Assembly: GCF_964194155.1 (NCBI RefSeq)
Contig: NC_135896.1
Coordinates: 8,432,001-8,496,000, forward strand
From: Cetorhinus maximus
Lineage: Eukaryota
Direction of reading: 5' to 3'
Length of the DNA stretch: 64,000 bases
Shown: positions 52,403-64,000 of the stretch, in pieces
How positions within the stretch are numbered: position 1 is the first letter of the stretch
Layout of the letters: each line of letters opens with the position of its first letter
Translations under genes and position numbers: made by a program
The notes under the pieces: generated by a model
Seen by the model: the letters and a program-made list of their open reading frames with translations, nothing else
Databases searched by the model: none
Told to the model about the DNA's origin: nothing

Positions 52403-54764
52403 TGCCACGTCAGATGGTGGAATTTGAATTCAATAAAAATCTGGAATTAAAAGTCCAGTGATGACCATTGTCGATTGTTGTAAAAACCTATCTGGATCAC
52501 TAATGTCCTTTAGGGAAGGAAATCTGTCGTCCTTACCTGGCCTACATGTGACTCCAGACCCACAGCAATGTGATTGACTCTTAAATGCCCTCTGAAGGGG
52601 CCTAGCAAGCTACTCCGTTGTAACAAGCTGCTACAAAGACACAAAAAAGGAATGAAACTGGACGGACCACCCGGCATCGACCTAGGAAACGACAACGGCA
52701 ATCGCAGCCCTATTGACCCTGCAAAGTCCTCCTCACTAACATCTGGGGTGCCAAACTAGTCAAGCCTGACATAGTCATCCTCACGGAATCATACCTTACA
52801 GATAATGTCCCAGACTCCACCATCACCATCCCTGGGAATGTCCTGTCCCACCGACAGGACTGACCCAGCAGAGCAGGCAGCACATTGGTATACAGTCGGG
52901 AGGGAGTTGCCCTGGGAGTCCTCAACATCAACTCCGGACCCCCTGAAGTCTCGTGGCATCAGGTCAAATATGGGCAAGGAAACTTCCAGCTGATTACCAC
53001 GTACTGCCCTCCCTCAGCTGATGAATCAGTGCTCCTCCATGTTAAACATTGGAGGGTGGAAAGGGCACAGAATGTTCTCTGGGGAGGGGTACTTCAATGT
53101 CCAACACCAAGAGTGGCTCGGTAGAACCACTACTGACCGAGCTGGCCAAGTCCTAAATGACATAGCTGCTAGACTGGTTCTGTGGCAGGTGGTGAGGGAA
53201 CCAACAAGAGGGAAAAATATACTGGACAAACCTGCCTGCCGCCGTGCTAAATGGGATAAATTTCGAACAGATCTAGCAACTAAAGACTGGGCATCCATGA
53301 GGTGCTGTGGGCCATCAGCAGAACTGTACTCAAACGCAATCTGTAACCTCATGGCCTGGCATATCCCCCACTCTACCATTAACATCAAGCTAGGGGATCA
53401 ACCCTGGTTTAATGAAGAGTGCAGGAGGACATGCCAGGAGCAGCACCAGGCATGCCTAAAAATGAGGTATCAACCTGGTGAAGCTATAAAACAGGACTAC
53501 TTGCATGCCAAACAGCAAAAGCAGCAAGTGAAAGACAGAGCTAAGCAATCCCACAACCAACGGATCAGATCTAAGCTCTGCAGTCCTGCCACATCCAGTC
53601 GTGAATGGTGGTGGACAATTAAACAACTCACTGGAGGAGGTGGCTGCATAAATATCCCCATCCTCAATGATGAAGGAGCTCAGCGCAGCAGTGCAAAAGA
53701 TAAGGCTGAAGCATTTGCAACAATCTTCAGCCAGAAGTGCCGAGTGGATGATCCATCTCAGCCTCCTTCGGAGGTGCCCAGCATCACAGATGCCAGTCTT
53801 CAGCCAATTTGATTCACTCCACGTGATATCAAGAAATGGCTGAAGGAACTGGGTACTGCAAAGGCTATGGGCCCTGACAACATTCCGGCCATAGTACTGA
53901 AGACTTGTGTTCCAGAACTTGCCGTGCTCCAAGTCAAGCTGTTCCAGTACAGCCAAAACACTGGCATCTAACCAGCTATGTGGAAAATTGCTCAGGTATG
54001 CCCTGTACACAAAAAACAGGACAAAATCCAACCCAGCTAATTACCGCCCCATCAGTCTACTCTTGATCATCAGTAAAATAATGGAAGGGGTCATCAACAG
54101 TGCTATCAAGAGGCACTTGCTTAGCAATAACCTGCTCACTGATGCCCAGTTTGGGTTATGCCAGGGCCACTCTGCTCCTGACCTCGTTACAGCCTTGGTT
54201 CAAACACGGACAAAAAAGCTGAACTCCCGAGGTGAGGTAAGAGTGACTGCCCTTGACATCGAGGCAGCATTTGACTGAGAGTGGTATCATGGAGCCCCAT
54301 CAAAATTGGAGTCAATGGGAATCAGGGGGAAAACTCTTCCCTGATTGGAGTCATACCTAGCATAAAGGAAGATAGTTGTGATTGTTGGAGGTCAGTCATC
54401 TCAGCTCCAGGACATCACTGCAGGAGCTTCTCAGGGTAGTGTCCTCGGCCTAACCATCTTCAGCTGTTTCATCAGTGACCTTCCTTTCTTCATAAGGTCA
54501 GAAGTGGGGATGTTCATGGTTCACGACTCCTTAGATACTGAAGCAGTCCATGTCCAAATGCAGCAAGACCTGGACAATATCCAGGCTTGGGCTGACAAGT
54601 GGCAAATAACATTCACGCCACACAAGTGTCAGGCAATGACCACCTCCAACAAGACAGAATCCAACTATCGCCCCTTGATGTTCAATGGCATTACCATCAC
54701 TGAATCATCCACTATCAACATCCTGGGGGTTACCATTGACCAGAAACTGACCTGGACTAGCCAT

Positions 54765-57503
54765 ATGGCTGCAGGGTGACCAGGGATGGGAACTGAATAT
54801 ACTGAATATTCAGTATTTAGGAAGGACAGACAAAAAGGAAAAGGCGGTGGAGTTGCATTGCTGTTTAAAGAGGAAATTAACGCAACAGTGAGGAAAGATA
54901 TTAGCTCTGACGATGTGGAATCTGTATGGATAGAGCTGAGAAACAGTGGGGGTTGTATATAGACCCCCAAACTGTAGTGGTGATGTTGGGAATGGCATTA
55001 AACAGGAAATTAGAGATGCATGTAATAAAGGAACATCTGTAATTATGGGTGACTTTAATATGCATATAGATTGGGCAAATCAAATTAGTAACAATACTGT
55101 AGAGGAAGAATTCCTGGAGTGAATACGTGGTGTTTTTCTGGACCAATACGTTGAGGAACCAATGAGAGAACAGGCCATCCTTGACTGTTGTGTAATGGGA
55201 AAGGAATAATTGGCAATCTAGTTGTGCGAGGCCCTTTGGGGATGAGCGACCATAATATGATAGAATTCTTCATCAAGATGGAGAATGACGTAGTTGATTC
55301 TGACACTTGGGTCCTGAATCTTAATAAAGGAAACTATGATGGTATGAGGCGTGAGTTGGCTATGATGGATTGGGAAATGTTACTTAAAGGGATGACGGTG
55401 GACAGGCAATGGCAAACATTCAAAGAGCACATGGGGTGAACTGCAACAATTGTTTATTCCCGTCTGACGCAAAAGTAAAACAGGAAAGGTGGCCAAACCA
55501 TGGCTTGCAAGGGAAATTAGAGATAGTATTAGATGCAAGGAAGAGGCATACAAATTGGCCAGAACAAACAGGATTGGGAGCAGTTCAGAATTCAGCAAAG
55601 GAGGGCCAAGGGATTGATTAAGAAGGAGAAAATAGAGTATGAGAGTAAGCTTGCAGGGAACATAAAAATTGTCTGTAAAAGTTTCTATAGGTATGTGAAG
55701 AGTAAAAGGTTGGTGAAGACAAATGTAGGTCCCTTACAGTCAGAAACAGGGGAATTTGTAATGGGGAACAAAGAAATGGCTGACCAACTAAATACATACT
55801 TAGGTTCTGTCTTCACAAAGGAGGACACAAATAACATACCAGAAATGTTGGGGAACCACAGGGTTTAGTGAGAGGGAGGAACTGAAAGAAATCAGTATTA
55901 GTAGGGAAATGGTGTTGGGGAAATTGATGGGATTGAAGGCCGATAAATCCCCGGGGCCTGATAATCTACATCCCAGAGTTCTTAAGGAAGTGGCCCTAGA
56001 AATAGTGGATGCATTGGTGGTCATCTTCCGAGATTCTATAGACTCTGGAACAGTTCCTACAGATTGTAGGGTAGCTAATGTAACCCCACTATTTAAAAAA
56101 GGAGGCAGAGAGAAAACAGGGAATTATAGACCAGTCAGCCTGACATCAGTAGTGGGGAAAATTCTAGAGTCCATTATAAAAGATTTAATAGCTGAGCACG
56201 TGGAAAACAGTGGCAGAATCGGACAGAGTCAGCATGGATTTATGAAAGGGAAATCATGCTTGACAAATCTACTGGAATTTTTTGAGGAGGTAACTGGTAG
56301 AGTTGATGAGGGGGAGCCAGTGGATATGGTTTATTTGGACTTTCAGAAGGCTTTTGACAAAGTCCCACATAAGAGATTGGCATGTAAAATTAAAGCGCAT
56401 GGGATTGGGGGGTAGTGTATTGAGATGGATAGAAAACTGGTTGGCAGGCAGGAAACAATGAGTAGTAATAAATGGGTCTTTTTCTGAATGGCAGACAGTG
56501 ACTAGTGGGGTACCGCAGGGATTGGTGCTGGGGCCCCAGTTATTCACAATATATATTAATGATTTAGATGAGGGAATTAAATGCAATATCTCCAAATTTG
56601 CAGATGACACAAAGCTGGGTGGGAGGGTGAGCTGTGAGGAGGATGCAGAGATGCTTCAGTGTAATTTGGACAAGCTGAGTGAGTGGGCAAATGCATGGCA
56701 GATGCAGTATAATGTGGATAAATGTGTGGCAAAAACAGGAAGGTAGGTTATTATCTGAGTGGTTACAAATTGAGAGAGGGGAATGTGCAACGAGACCTGG
56801 GTGTCATTGTACACCAGTCGCTGAAGGTAAGCATGCAGGTGCAGCAGGCGGTAAAGAAGGCAAATGGTATGTTGGCCTTCATAGCCAGAGGATTTGAGTA
56901 CAGGAACAGGGATGTCTTGCTGCAATTGTACAGGGCCTTGGTGAGACCACACCTGGAATATTGTGTGCAGTTTTGGTCTCCTTATCTGAGGAAGGATGTA
57001 CTTGCTATAGAGGGGGTGTAGCGAAGGTTTACCCGACTGATTCCTGGGATGGTGGGACTGACATATGAGGAGAGATTGAGTCGATTAGGATTATATTCAC
57101 TGGAATTCAGAAGAATGAGGGAAGATCTCATAGAAGCCTATAAAATTCTGACAGGACTAGACAGGGTAGATGCAGGAAGGATGTTCCTGATGGTGGGGGA
57201 GTCCAGAACCAGGGGTCACAGTCTGAGGATATGGGGTAAACCATTTAGGACTGAGATGAGGAGAAATTTCTTCACCCAGAGAGTGGTGAGCCTGTGGAAT
57301 TCGTTACCACAGAAAGTAGTTGAGACCAAAACATTGTATGTTTTCAAGAAGGAGTTAGATATGGCTCTTGGGGCAAAAGGGATCAAAGGGTATGGGGAGA
57401 AAGCGGGAACAGGCTATTGAGTTGGATGATCAGCCATAATCATAACGAATGGTGGAGCAGGCTCAAAGGGCCGAATGGCCTACTCCTGCTCCTAGTTTCT
57501 ATA
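54765..57503 (+). mobile_element. CR1 LINE, nearly complete ORF2, inserted in family B
   Basis: APE (YRPP, MGDFN, SDHN) and RT (KSPGPD, NYRPVSLTS, YLDFQKAFDKVPH, KFADDT) motifs plus the tail. The host reads ...gccatat / atataaatactg. Confidence 0.95.
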
Positions 57504-58391
57504 TAAATACTGTGGCTACAAGAGCAGGTTAGAGGCTAGAAATTGTGCAATGAGTAACTCACCTCCTGATTCCCTAAAGCCTGTCCACGATCTACAAGGC
57601 ACAAGTCAGGAATGCGTTGGAATACTCCCCACTTGCCTGGATGAGTGCAGCTCCTACAACACTGAAGAAGCTAGACACCATCCAGGACAAAGCAGTCCAC
57701 TTGATTGGCACCACATCCACAAACATTCACTCCCCACCACCCCCACCACCGCCACCGACGCACGGTAGCAGCAGTGTGTACCATCTACAAGATGCATTGC
57801 AGGAATTCACCAAGGCTCCTTAGACAGCACCTTCCAAACCCACAACCGCTACCATCTAGAAGGACAAGGGCAGCTGATAGATGGGAACACCATCAGCTGG
57901 AAGTTCCCCTCCAAGTCACTCACCATCCTGACTTGGAAATATATCGCCGTTCCTTCGTTGGGTCAAAATCCTGGAACTCCCTTCGTAACAGCACTGTGGG
58001 TGTACCTACACCACATGGACTGCAGCGGTTCAAGAAGGCAGCTCACCATCACCTTCTCAAGGGCAACTAGGAATGGGCAATAAATGCTGACCCAGTCAGC
58101 GAAGCCCACATCCTGTGAACGAATAAAAAATTTTTTTTACAAAGAACAAATTATCTAATCCTTTGTCTACTACTATTTGTTGCATCTTGCTATGTACATA
58201 TTGGCTGCATTTCCCTACATTGCAAAACTGACTACACTTTAAAAGTACTTTACATATGAAGCATTTTGGGGATATCCTGGCACAATATAAATCCAAGTTG
58301 CTTTTTTCTCCCTTGTCTTTCTGCACTGAAGCATTGAATACAGTTATAGTTGAGAAACCTGTAACGATGATCATTTATGTCCCTTCTGCAG

Positions 58392-58568
58392 GGTAAGCTG
58401 GCAGTTAACGGTGAAGAATGTGCAAGGCAACTGGAGCAAATGACATTTCAGCTTAAAGATCAGATTAGAAGAGTCCAAACAGAGCAAGAGACGATCCTTT
58501 GTGCTGTAGGAAAAGAAATTGATGCTGCGTGTGATTTCCTCTCCAGGGATCCTGGTGACAAGTTCAAA
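58392..58568 (+). CDS. CEP128: CEP128 exon (177 bp, GKLAVNGEE...GKEIDAACDFLSRDPGDKFK)
   Basis: Acceptor ttctgcag|GGT and donor AAA|gtaatc. Conserved QLKDQ and GKEIDAAC motifs. Confidence 0.9.
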
Positions 58569-59702
58569 GTAATCAATGTAAACTCTTATTGACTTTACGC
58601 AACTAACTTCAGTTTGTTTTCCCCCTCCACCACCACCTGCTACGTTAATCTCTGTCGTCTGTATTTCATTTTTCAGCAAATACCACAAGCAGATAACCTG
58701 TATTTAAGCCTTTGTTGACGATGCGCTGTTGATGAGAATGAATGGAGATGTGTCTGAGCAGCTTGGCGTGACTTTGGCTTTGACATTTCTTCCAGTCCTC
58801 TTCTCACTTCTCATTTGGATTTGTGACTCCTAATCCATAATGAAACATTATAATACAGAGAATCTCTCTATGGGCTCACCCTTTTCCTATCTCTAACTTC
58901 CTCCAGCCCTACAACCCTCTGAGATCTCTGTGCTCTTCCAATTCTGGCCTCATGCACGTCTGATTTTCAGCACTCCACCATATTCCTTAATCTGTTTAGG
59001 CCTCAAGCTCTGGAATTCCCTTCGCAAACCCTTCCACCTCAGTCATTATGGCACAGAAGAAGGCCATTCGGTCTATCAAACCTATGCTGGCTCTCTAGAG
59101 CAATCCAATCCCTTGTCCCTGTCTCCTCCTCCAACCCTGCCACCTTTTAAGTTCATTTTCATTAAGTGTCTCTCCAATTTCCTTTATAAATTATCGATCG
59201 TTTCTGTTTCCTACCCGTAGGCAGTGAGCTTGAGGTCATTTTCAGTTGCTGAGTAAAAATGTTCTTCCTCGCATCCCCTGTGATATCTCTTGGCCAAAAT
59301 CTAAATTGTGTCCCCTAGACCTTGTACCATCAGCTAACGGGAATAGCTTTTATTTTGTCTACCTTACCTTTACCTATCATAATGTATACCTCTCTCAGTT
59401 CTCCCCTCAACCTCCATTTACTTTGAGGAGAACAACCTCAATTTCTCCAACCTAACTTTGTAGCTAAATTCCCTGGAATAATTCTGGTAAAGCCCCTCTG
59501 CACTCTCTCAAGGCCCTTCATTCACATCCTTCTGAAAGTACAGTGACCAGAACTGAACGTAATACTCTACCACTGAGTTTTGTATATTTGAGCATATCTT
59601 ATTTACATTGAAATTAGTTTCACATTTTTGTCCAATTTTGGATAATTTCTTCATGAAATTACAGATCTATAACTTCCAGTAAAAGTATATTCTTATCAGA
59701 TA

Positions 59703-60262
59703 CATCAACTACTTACCCACCCCTCTGCTAACCTTTCTGTGTCCTGTTGCAGTCAATTGGTATCATCCTTACTGTTTGCCACACCTGCAAGTTTTGTATC
59801 ATTGGTAAATTTTGAAATTTTACTCTATTCAAACATCCAAATCATTTATGTGTTGGCTAACTCCCAAGCCTGGATGTGAAGGAGCTCCATTTATGAAGCA
59901 CAAGATCACATAAGGTTTGCTCACTCTTCTCTCAATATGTCCACCTTCAAAGATCTGTGCACATGAGCCCCCAGATCTCTCTGTCTGTGCACTCTTTAAA
60001 ACTGTGCCATTAAGTGTATATTGCCTCTTGCTATCCCTTCTGCCAAACTGCATCACCTCACAGTTCTCTACTAAATTCCATCAACTACTTACCCACCCCT
60101 CTGCTAACCTTTCTGTGTCCTGTTGCAGTCAATTGGTATCATCCTTACTGTTTGCCACACCTGCAAGTTTTGTATCATTGGTAAATTTTGAAATTTTACT
60201 CTATTCCAGCATCCAAATCATTTATGTGTTGGCTAACTCCCAAGCCTGGATGTGAAGGAGCT
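59703..60262 (+). repeat. 184-bp near-identical direct repeat (59703-59886, 60079-60262)
   Basis: Only two mismatches seen (aaac vs cagc). Confidence 0.9.
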
Positions 60263-61010
60263 GACTTCTCCCCTCTAACATACCAGACAGCCTGGCTGAC
60301 TCTTCCTTATATACAATTGAGTATAATTAACAGGTCAACAACCAGCACCTGTTCACATTATTACCTTCAAGTACTGGGTATTAACATTCATTAAACAGAA
60401 CCTATTAGATGCCAACAATATATGTAATATATATATAAAAAAACAGTGGTTCTAGCCCTGACCCTTGGGGTACACCATTGTCTACCACTTTCCAGTCTGA
60501 AAAACAACCATTTACCACAACTCGCTGTTTTCTGTCCTTAAGCCAATTTTTTATCCGAGCTGACACTGACCCTCCTATTCCATGAACCTTGAATTTTGGT
60601 AACCAGCCTTTTAAGTTGTACATTGTCAAACATTTTCTAAAAATCCATAGAGACAGCATGCTGCATTCCCTTCATCAACCTTCTCTCACTCCACCTCAGA
60701 AGAGCAGGGAAGTTATCTTCGGTGCCCATATAGACAGCATCGCCGCATACCCTTCATCAATCTTCTCTGTTACTTCATCAAAAGTTTCATTTAGATTAAT
60801 CATGATCTACCATTTACAAAATCTGTGCTGGCTCTTCCTAATTAACTTGAACATCGCCAAGTATCCATTCTTTTTTTCCATGATTATAGTTTTAAAAACT
60901 TTACCCACCACTGATGATGGCCTGGAGTTACTAGGGATGCCCTTACACCCTATCTTGAATAAGGATCTCTTTTTTGCCACTATCCAATCTTCTGGCACCG
61001 CCTCTACCCT
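59890..61010 (-). mobile_element. Decayed CR1 RT fragments
   Basis: IKNWLKDRKQRVVVNGCFSDW...GVPQGS. Confidence 0.8.
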
Positions 61011-61109
61011 TTAAGACACTCCTTTAAAACCTTACCCCTGTGCCCAGCTCTCCCAATATCATCTATGTCAAGTTTTATTTGATAATGTCTTTCATGCCCT
61101 AACGATGCT

Positions 61110-61440
61110 GCAAATGAAATGCTTTTGAAGTGTAGGCACTATTATTTTATAAGCAAGCCAATTTGCACATAGCAAGGTGTCACAACCAGCAGTGAGATCC
61201 ATCAGTCTTTATTCGTGGTGTTGGCCAGGATACCAGGTGATGTACTCTTCCTGCTTTTCTTCTTGATTTCACCTACATGAAAGCAATTAAAGCCTTGGCA
61301 AAATATCTCAACCAAAAGGATACACTTCCTGAGCACTGCACTAAACTGCAGCCAAGGTGCCCAATTCGCTGGAGTGAGGCTTGAGCTCACAACCTCTGAC
61401 TTAAGAGGCAGGAGCTCTACTACGAGGCTCAGCTGACACG
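61110..61440 (-). mobile_element. Deu-domain SINE, decayed
   Basis: Antisense to 61905-62340. Confidence 0.65.
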
Positions 61441-61904
61441 AGCCTGCAGTATTGTATATGTCAGAATATCCTTTATAATATTTATAATAGAAAGTTTAAC
61501 TTCAGAGAACATGTACTTGAAGAATGAGGGAACAGATGACTATGTGAAAAAAACTCCTGTTTACCCTCCTCCTCATTTCTGTCTGTCTCACCAGTTTGGC
61601 CATTTATTTTAACTCAGTTTGACTTAAGTGCAGATGATAAAAACTCTTGCTGCTTTCATTCCTTTGACAATACATTGCCCTTATGCATGTATTTTTTATT
61701 TTGATGTTTTTCAATCCCAGCACTGCACCATAAATCAGTTAAGAAGCAGTGAAGTATTGTGAATGACAATTGAAATAATAGATTTTTATTTTGCTGCTTT
61801 TATTCAACGTGGTCACATTTTCGACTTCTTAAATTCTGTGAACCTGGATTCTATAGACAGTTAAATTGCATTCAGTTGATTCTTCTACTGCAGCCTTTCC
61901 TGTT

Positions 61905-62340
61905 GGTTGGCCATGGCTCAGTCGGTAGCTCCTTGTCTCTCTCTCACAAGGTTGTGGGTTCAGGTTCCACTCCAGGAATTAAACACAAAAACCAAGGCTG
62001 ACATTCCAATGCATAACTGGGAGAGTGCTGCACCATCGGAGATACTGTCTTTCGGATGAGACAGGTCTACCATCTCAAGTAGTTGTAAAAGATCCCATTG
62101 CACTCCGCCTCAGAAGAGCAGGGAAGTTATCTTTGGTGTCCTGGCCAATATTTATTTTCCAATCAGCATCTCAAAAACAGATTATCTGGTAATTATCGCA
62201 TTGCTGTTTATGGGAGCAATGTACAAACTGGCTGCCGTGTTTCCTATATTACAACAGTGACTATACTTTCAAAAGTACTTTGTTAGCTCTAAAGCACTTT
62301 GGGACAAGTGGTGGTTGTGAAAAGCACAATATAAATACAA
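61905..62340 (+). mobile_element. Deu-domain SINE, near full length
   Basis: tRNA-like head (tggctcagtcggtagc...gggttcagg), Deu core gtctttcggatgagac...aaagatccca and an L2-like tail. Confidence 0.8.
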
Positions 62341-62344
62341 GTAT

Positions 62345-62560
62345 AATAAAAACAAAACACTGCAGATCTGAAATAAAAGCAGGAAGTGCTGGAAAAACTC
62401 AGCAGGTCTGGCAGCATCTGTGGAGAGAGAAACAGTGTTAAAGTTTCGAACCCAATATGACTTCTTTAGAACCGGGAGTCATATTGAACTTGACGCTAAC
62501 TCTGTTTCTTTCTCCACCGATGCTGCCAGACCTGCTGAGTTTTTCCAGCACTTTCTGTGT
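62345..62560. mobile_element. Penelope-type palindromic element, older copy
   Basis: Inverted arms (gtgctggaaaaactcagcaggtctggcagcatc / gatgctgccagacctgctgagtttttccagcac). ataaatacaa is duplicated at 62331-62340 and 62568-62577. Confidence 0.8.
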
Positions 62561-63841
62561 ATATTACATAAATACAAATGTTCTTTTTTGATCTCCTGCA
62601 AAATTGCCTCGGCACTGATGCTCGATCAGTCTTTTCCAGAAGAGGGTGCTAAATTATTACAAGTCTCACCTTGCTTAAATACTGTAATTGTTAGCAATCT
62701 TAACTACAACTACAGGACTAATACGACAGAACAGTCTTAAATCGTACCTGAAAGTAATTTATTGCTTGAAGCACTGATACTGTCATTGTATAATTTTAAT
62801 GGCTGACACCTTGCTGCCATTATACTGGCACTGAGGAATGAATAATTTCAGGTAAGTAGTTATATTGGAAGGTTCCTTCACTATCTGCAATTTCACCAGT
62901 TTTCTAAATGGATTTCCCAATAATTTACTAATTTCAAATCCTGCTGCAGTGCCAGTTGCCTAAGGTAATGAACCTGTATCCAGCACCACTACATATCTCG
63001 GTCCTATCTAAGTGCATCCACCATGTGTTGGCAAAAAATGCTTCTGATGAACTCCCAATTTGTATTATTGGGGGTTTAACAATTGGTTAACTGAAATTAA
63101 GGCAATAATTCTATCTTGGGTTTCAGTTGCCATTCATGAACAGCCCCAACCAGCTGCTCTTGGCCTTCCTTCGGCTCCTTATTCATCTTGTTGCTGTTGT
63201 GAGATCTTGCTGCGTGTGAAATGCTGCTGCCTTTGTCCACCAAACAGTTGCATTTCAAAAGTTAATCACCGAATTTGCAGGTGTTTGAGAGATGTGGTAA
63301 TATGTGCGTTTAATGTTTTTCTGATTTTGTGATGCCATCAGAATCTCTGGACACAATCTCTCCCCTTGGAATTCCCTGCTAGGCACCTTTAGCCTGTGTG
63401 CAACGCCGTATGTTTTGTGGACAGGTACATAGCTGTTACGGTGCAAACAGAGCTACATGTTTTTTTATAAGATACAAATAATATCCTGCAGGGCAGGAAC
63501 AACTTGTGATGGGCTGACTTGCAAATCACATTTAGTTTTCTGCATTAAAAAAAATGCAAATGATGAAGGGTGACTTGTGACTAACTGGAGTTGGTAAGAG
63601 GCAGAGTACTGATGACTTCCCAACTGCTCTTCTGTGTACAAGCTTCCCAGAGATTGTGTTTCAGGGCTTCGGCAGGAAATCAATCAAGGTTCATGCTTTA
63701 GAATCGTGGGCCTAATTAATTTCCTTTATAAACTGTATGAAATTGCCACCTGGAAAGTAGTTTTTTTTTCTCGAGCAATCATTCTTTCCGTATGCAATCT
63801 CTTCTGTTAACAAACAAACCACAATCTAATTTTCTTTGCAG

Positions 63842-63901
63842 GCAATAACACTTACACCTGGATTAGAAAATGATCCCCATCGCTGGCTGGCCGAAATGAA
63901 A
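63842..63901 (+). CDS. CEP128: CEP128 exon (60 bp, AITLTPGLENDPHRWLAEMK)
   Basis: Acceptor tttctttgcag|GCA and donor AAA|gtatgt. Carries the DPHRWLAE motif of CEP128. Too short to appear in the ORF track. Confidence 0.9.
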
Positions 63902-64000
63902 GTATGTATTCAGGGCACCAGTCTGATTAACTACTTATGGCTCTGGAAAATTTACAAAAAAGGGCTTTGGCACACTGGCAGCAATGCTTTCAGGGTCACA

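Larger units (their letters stand above)
52318..58130 (+). mobile_element. Family B LINE, near full length (tRNA-like head, APE+RT ORF, 3' tail), interrupted by CR1
   Basis: PDIVILTESYL, FNVQHQEW, NPANYRPISLL, LDIEAAFD, QGSVLG and MEYSPLAW motifs. Tail gcccacatcctgtgaacgaataaaaaa. Confidence 0.9.

Noticed and set aside
52318-52415. Possible tRNA gene
   Set aside because: It has A and B boxes, but the spacing is long, there is no convincing cloverleaf and no terminator. It is a retroposon head.
53456-54031. 191-aa antisense ORF (also 10746..11075, 56269..56610 and similar)
   Set aside because: Shadow frames opposite real coding or LINE sequence.
1-64000. CRISPR arrays, operons, rRNA or other prokaryotic systems
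   Set aside because: None seen. The sequence is spliceosomal-intron-containing vertebrate DNA.

Overview
Vertebrate genomic DNA, most likely a shark or other elasmobranch (inferred from the repeat families). The window lies inside the + strand CEP128 gene and holds four phase-0 coding exons (10539-11540, 13596-13760, 58392-58568, 63842-63901) with introns of 2.1, 44.6 and 5.3 kb. The introns are a nested mosaic of decayed transposons: CR1 and L2 LINEs, Deu-domain SINEs, a Gypsy element lacking RT/RNase H, solo LTRs, PIF/Harbinger elements and MITEs. Two things stand out. (1) A recurring APE+RT LINE family (here called 'family B') begins with a tRNA-like Pol III promoter head, has no visible ORF1, and has no TTTT terminator in ~3 kb of sense strand. 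A short head+tail SINE derivative of it is also present. It is a candidate Pol III-transcribed LINE/SINE system. (2) Small Penelope-type palindromic elements carry minimal hammerhead-ribozyme motifs, and one young copy has a 15-bp TSD. Repeat boundaries are approximate unless a TSD or splice site is quoted. Family names come from recall, not from database searches.
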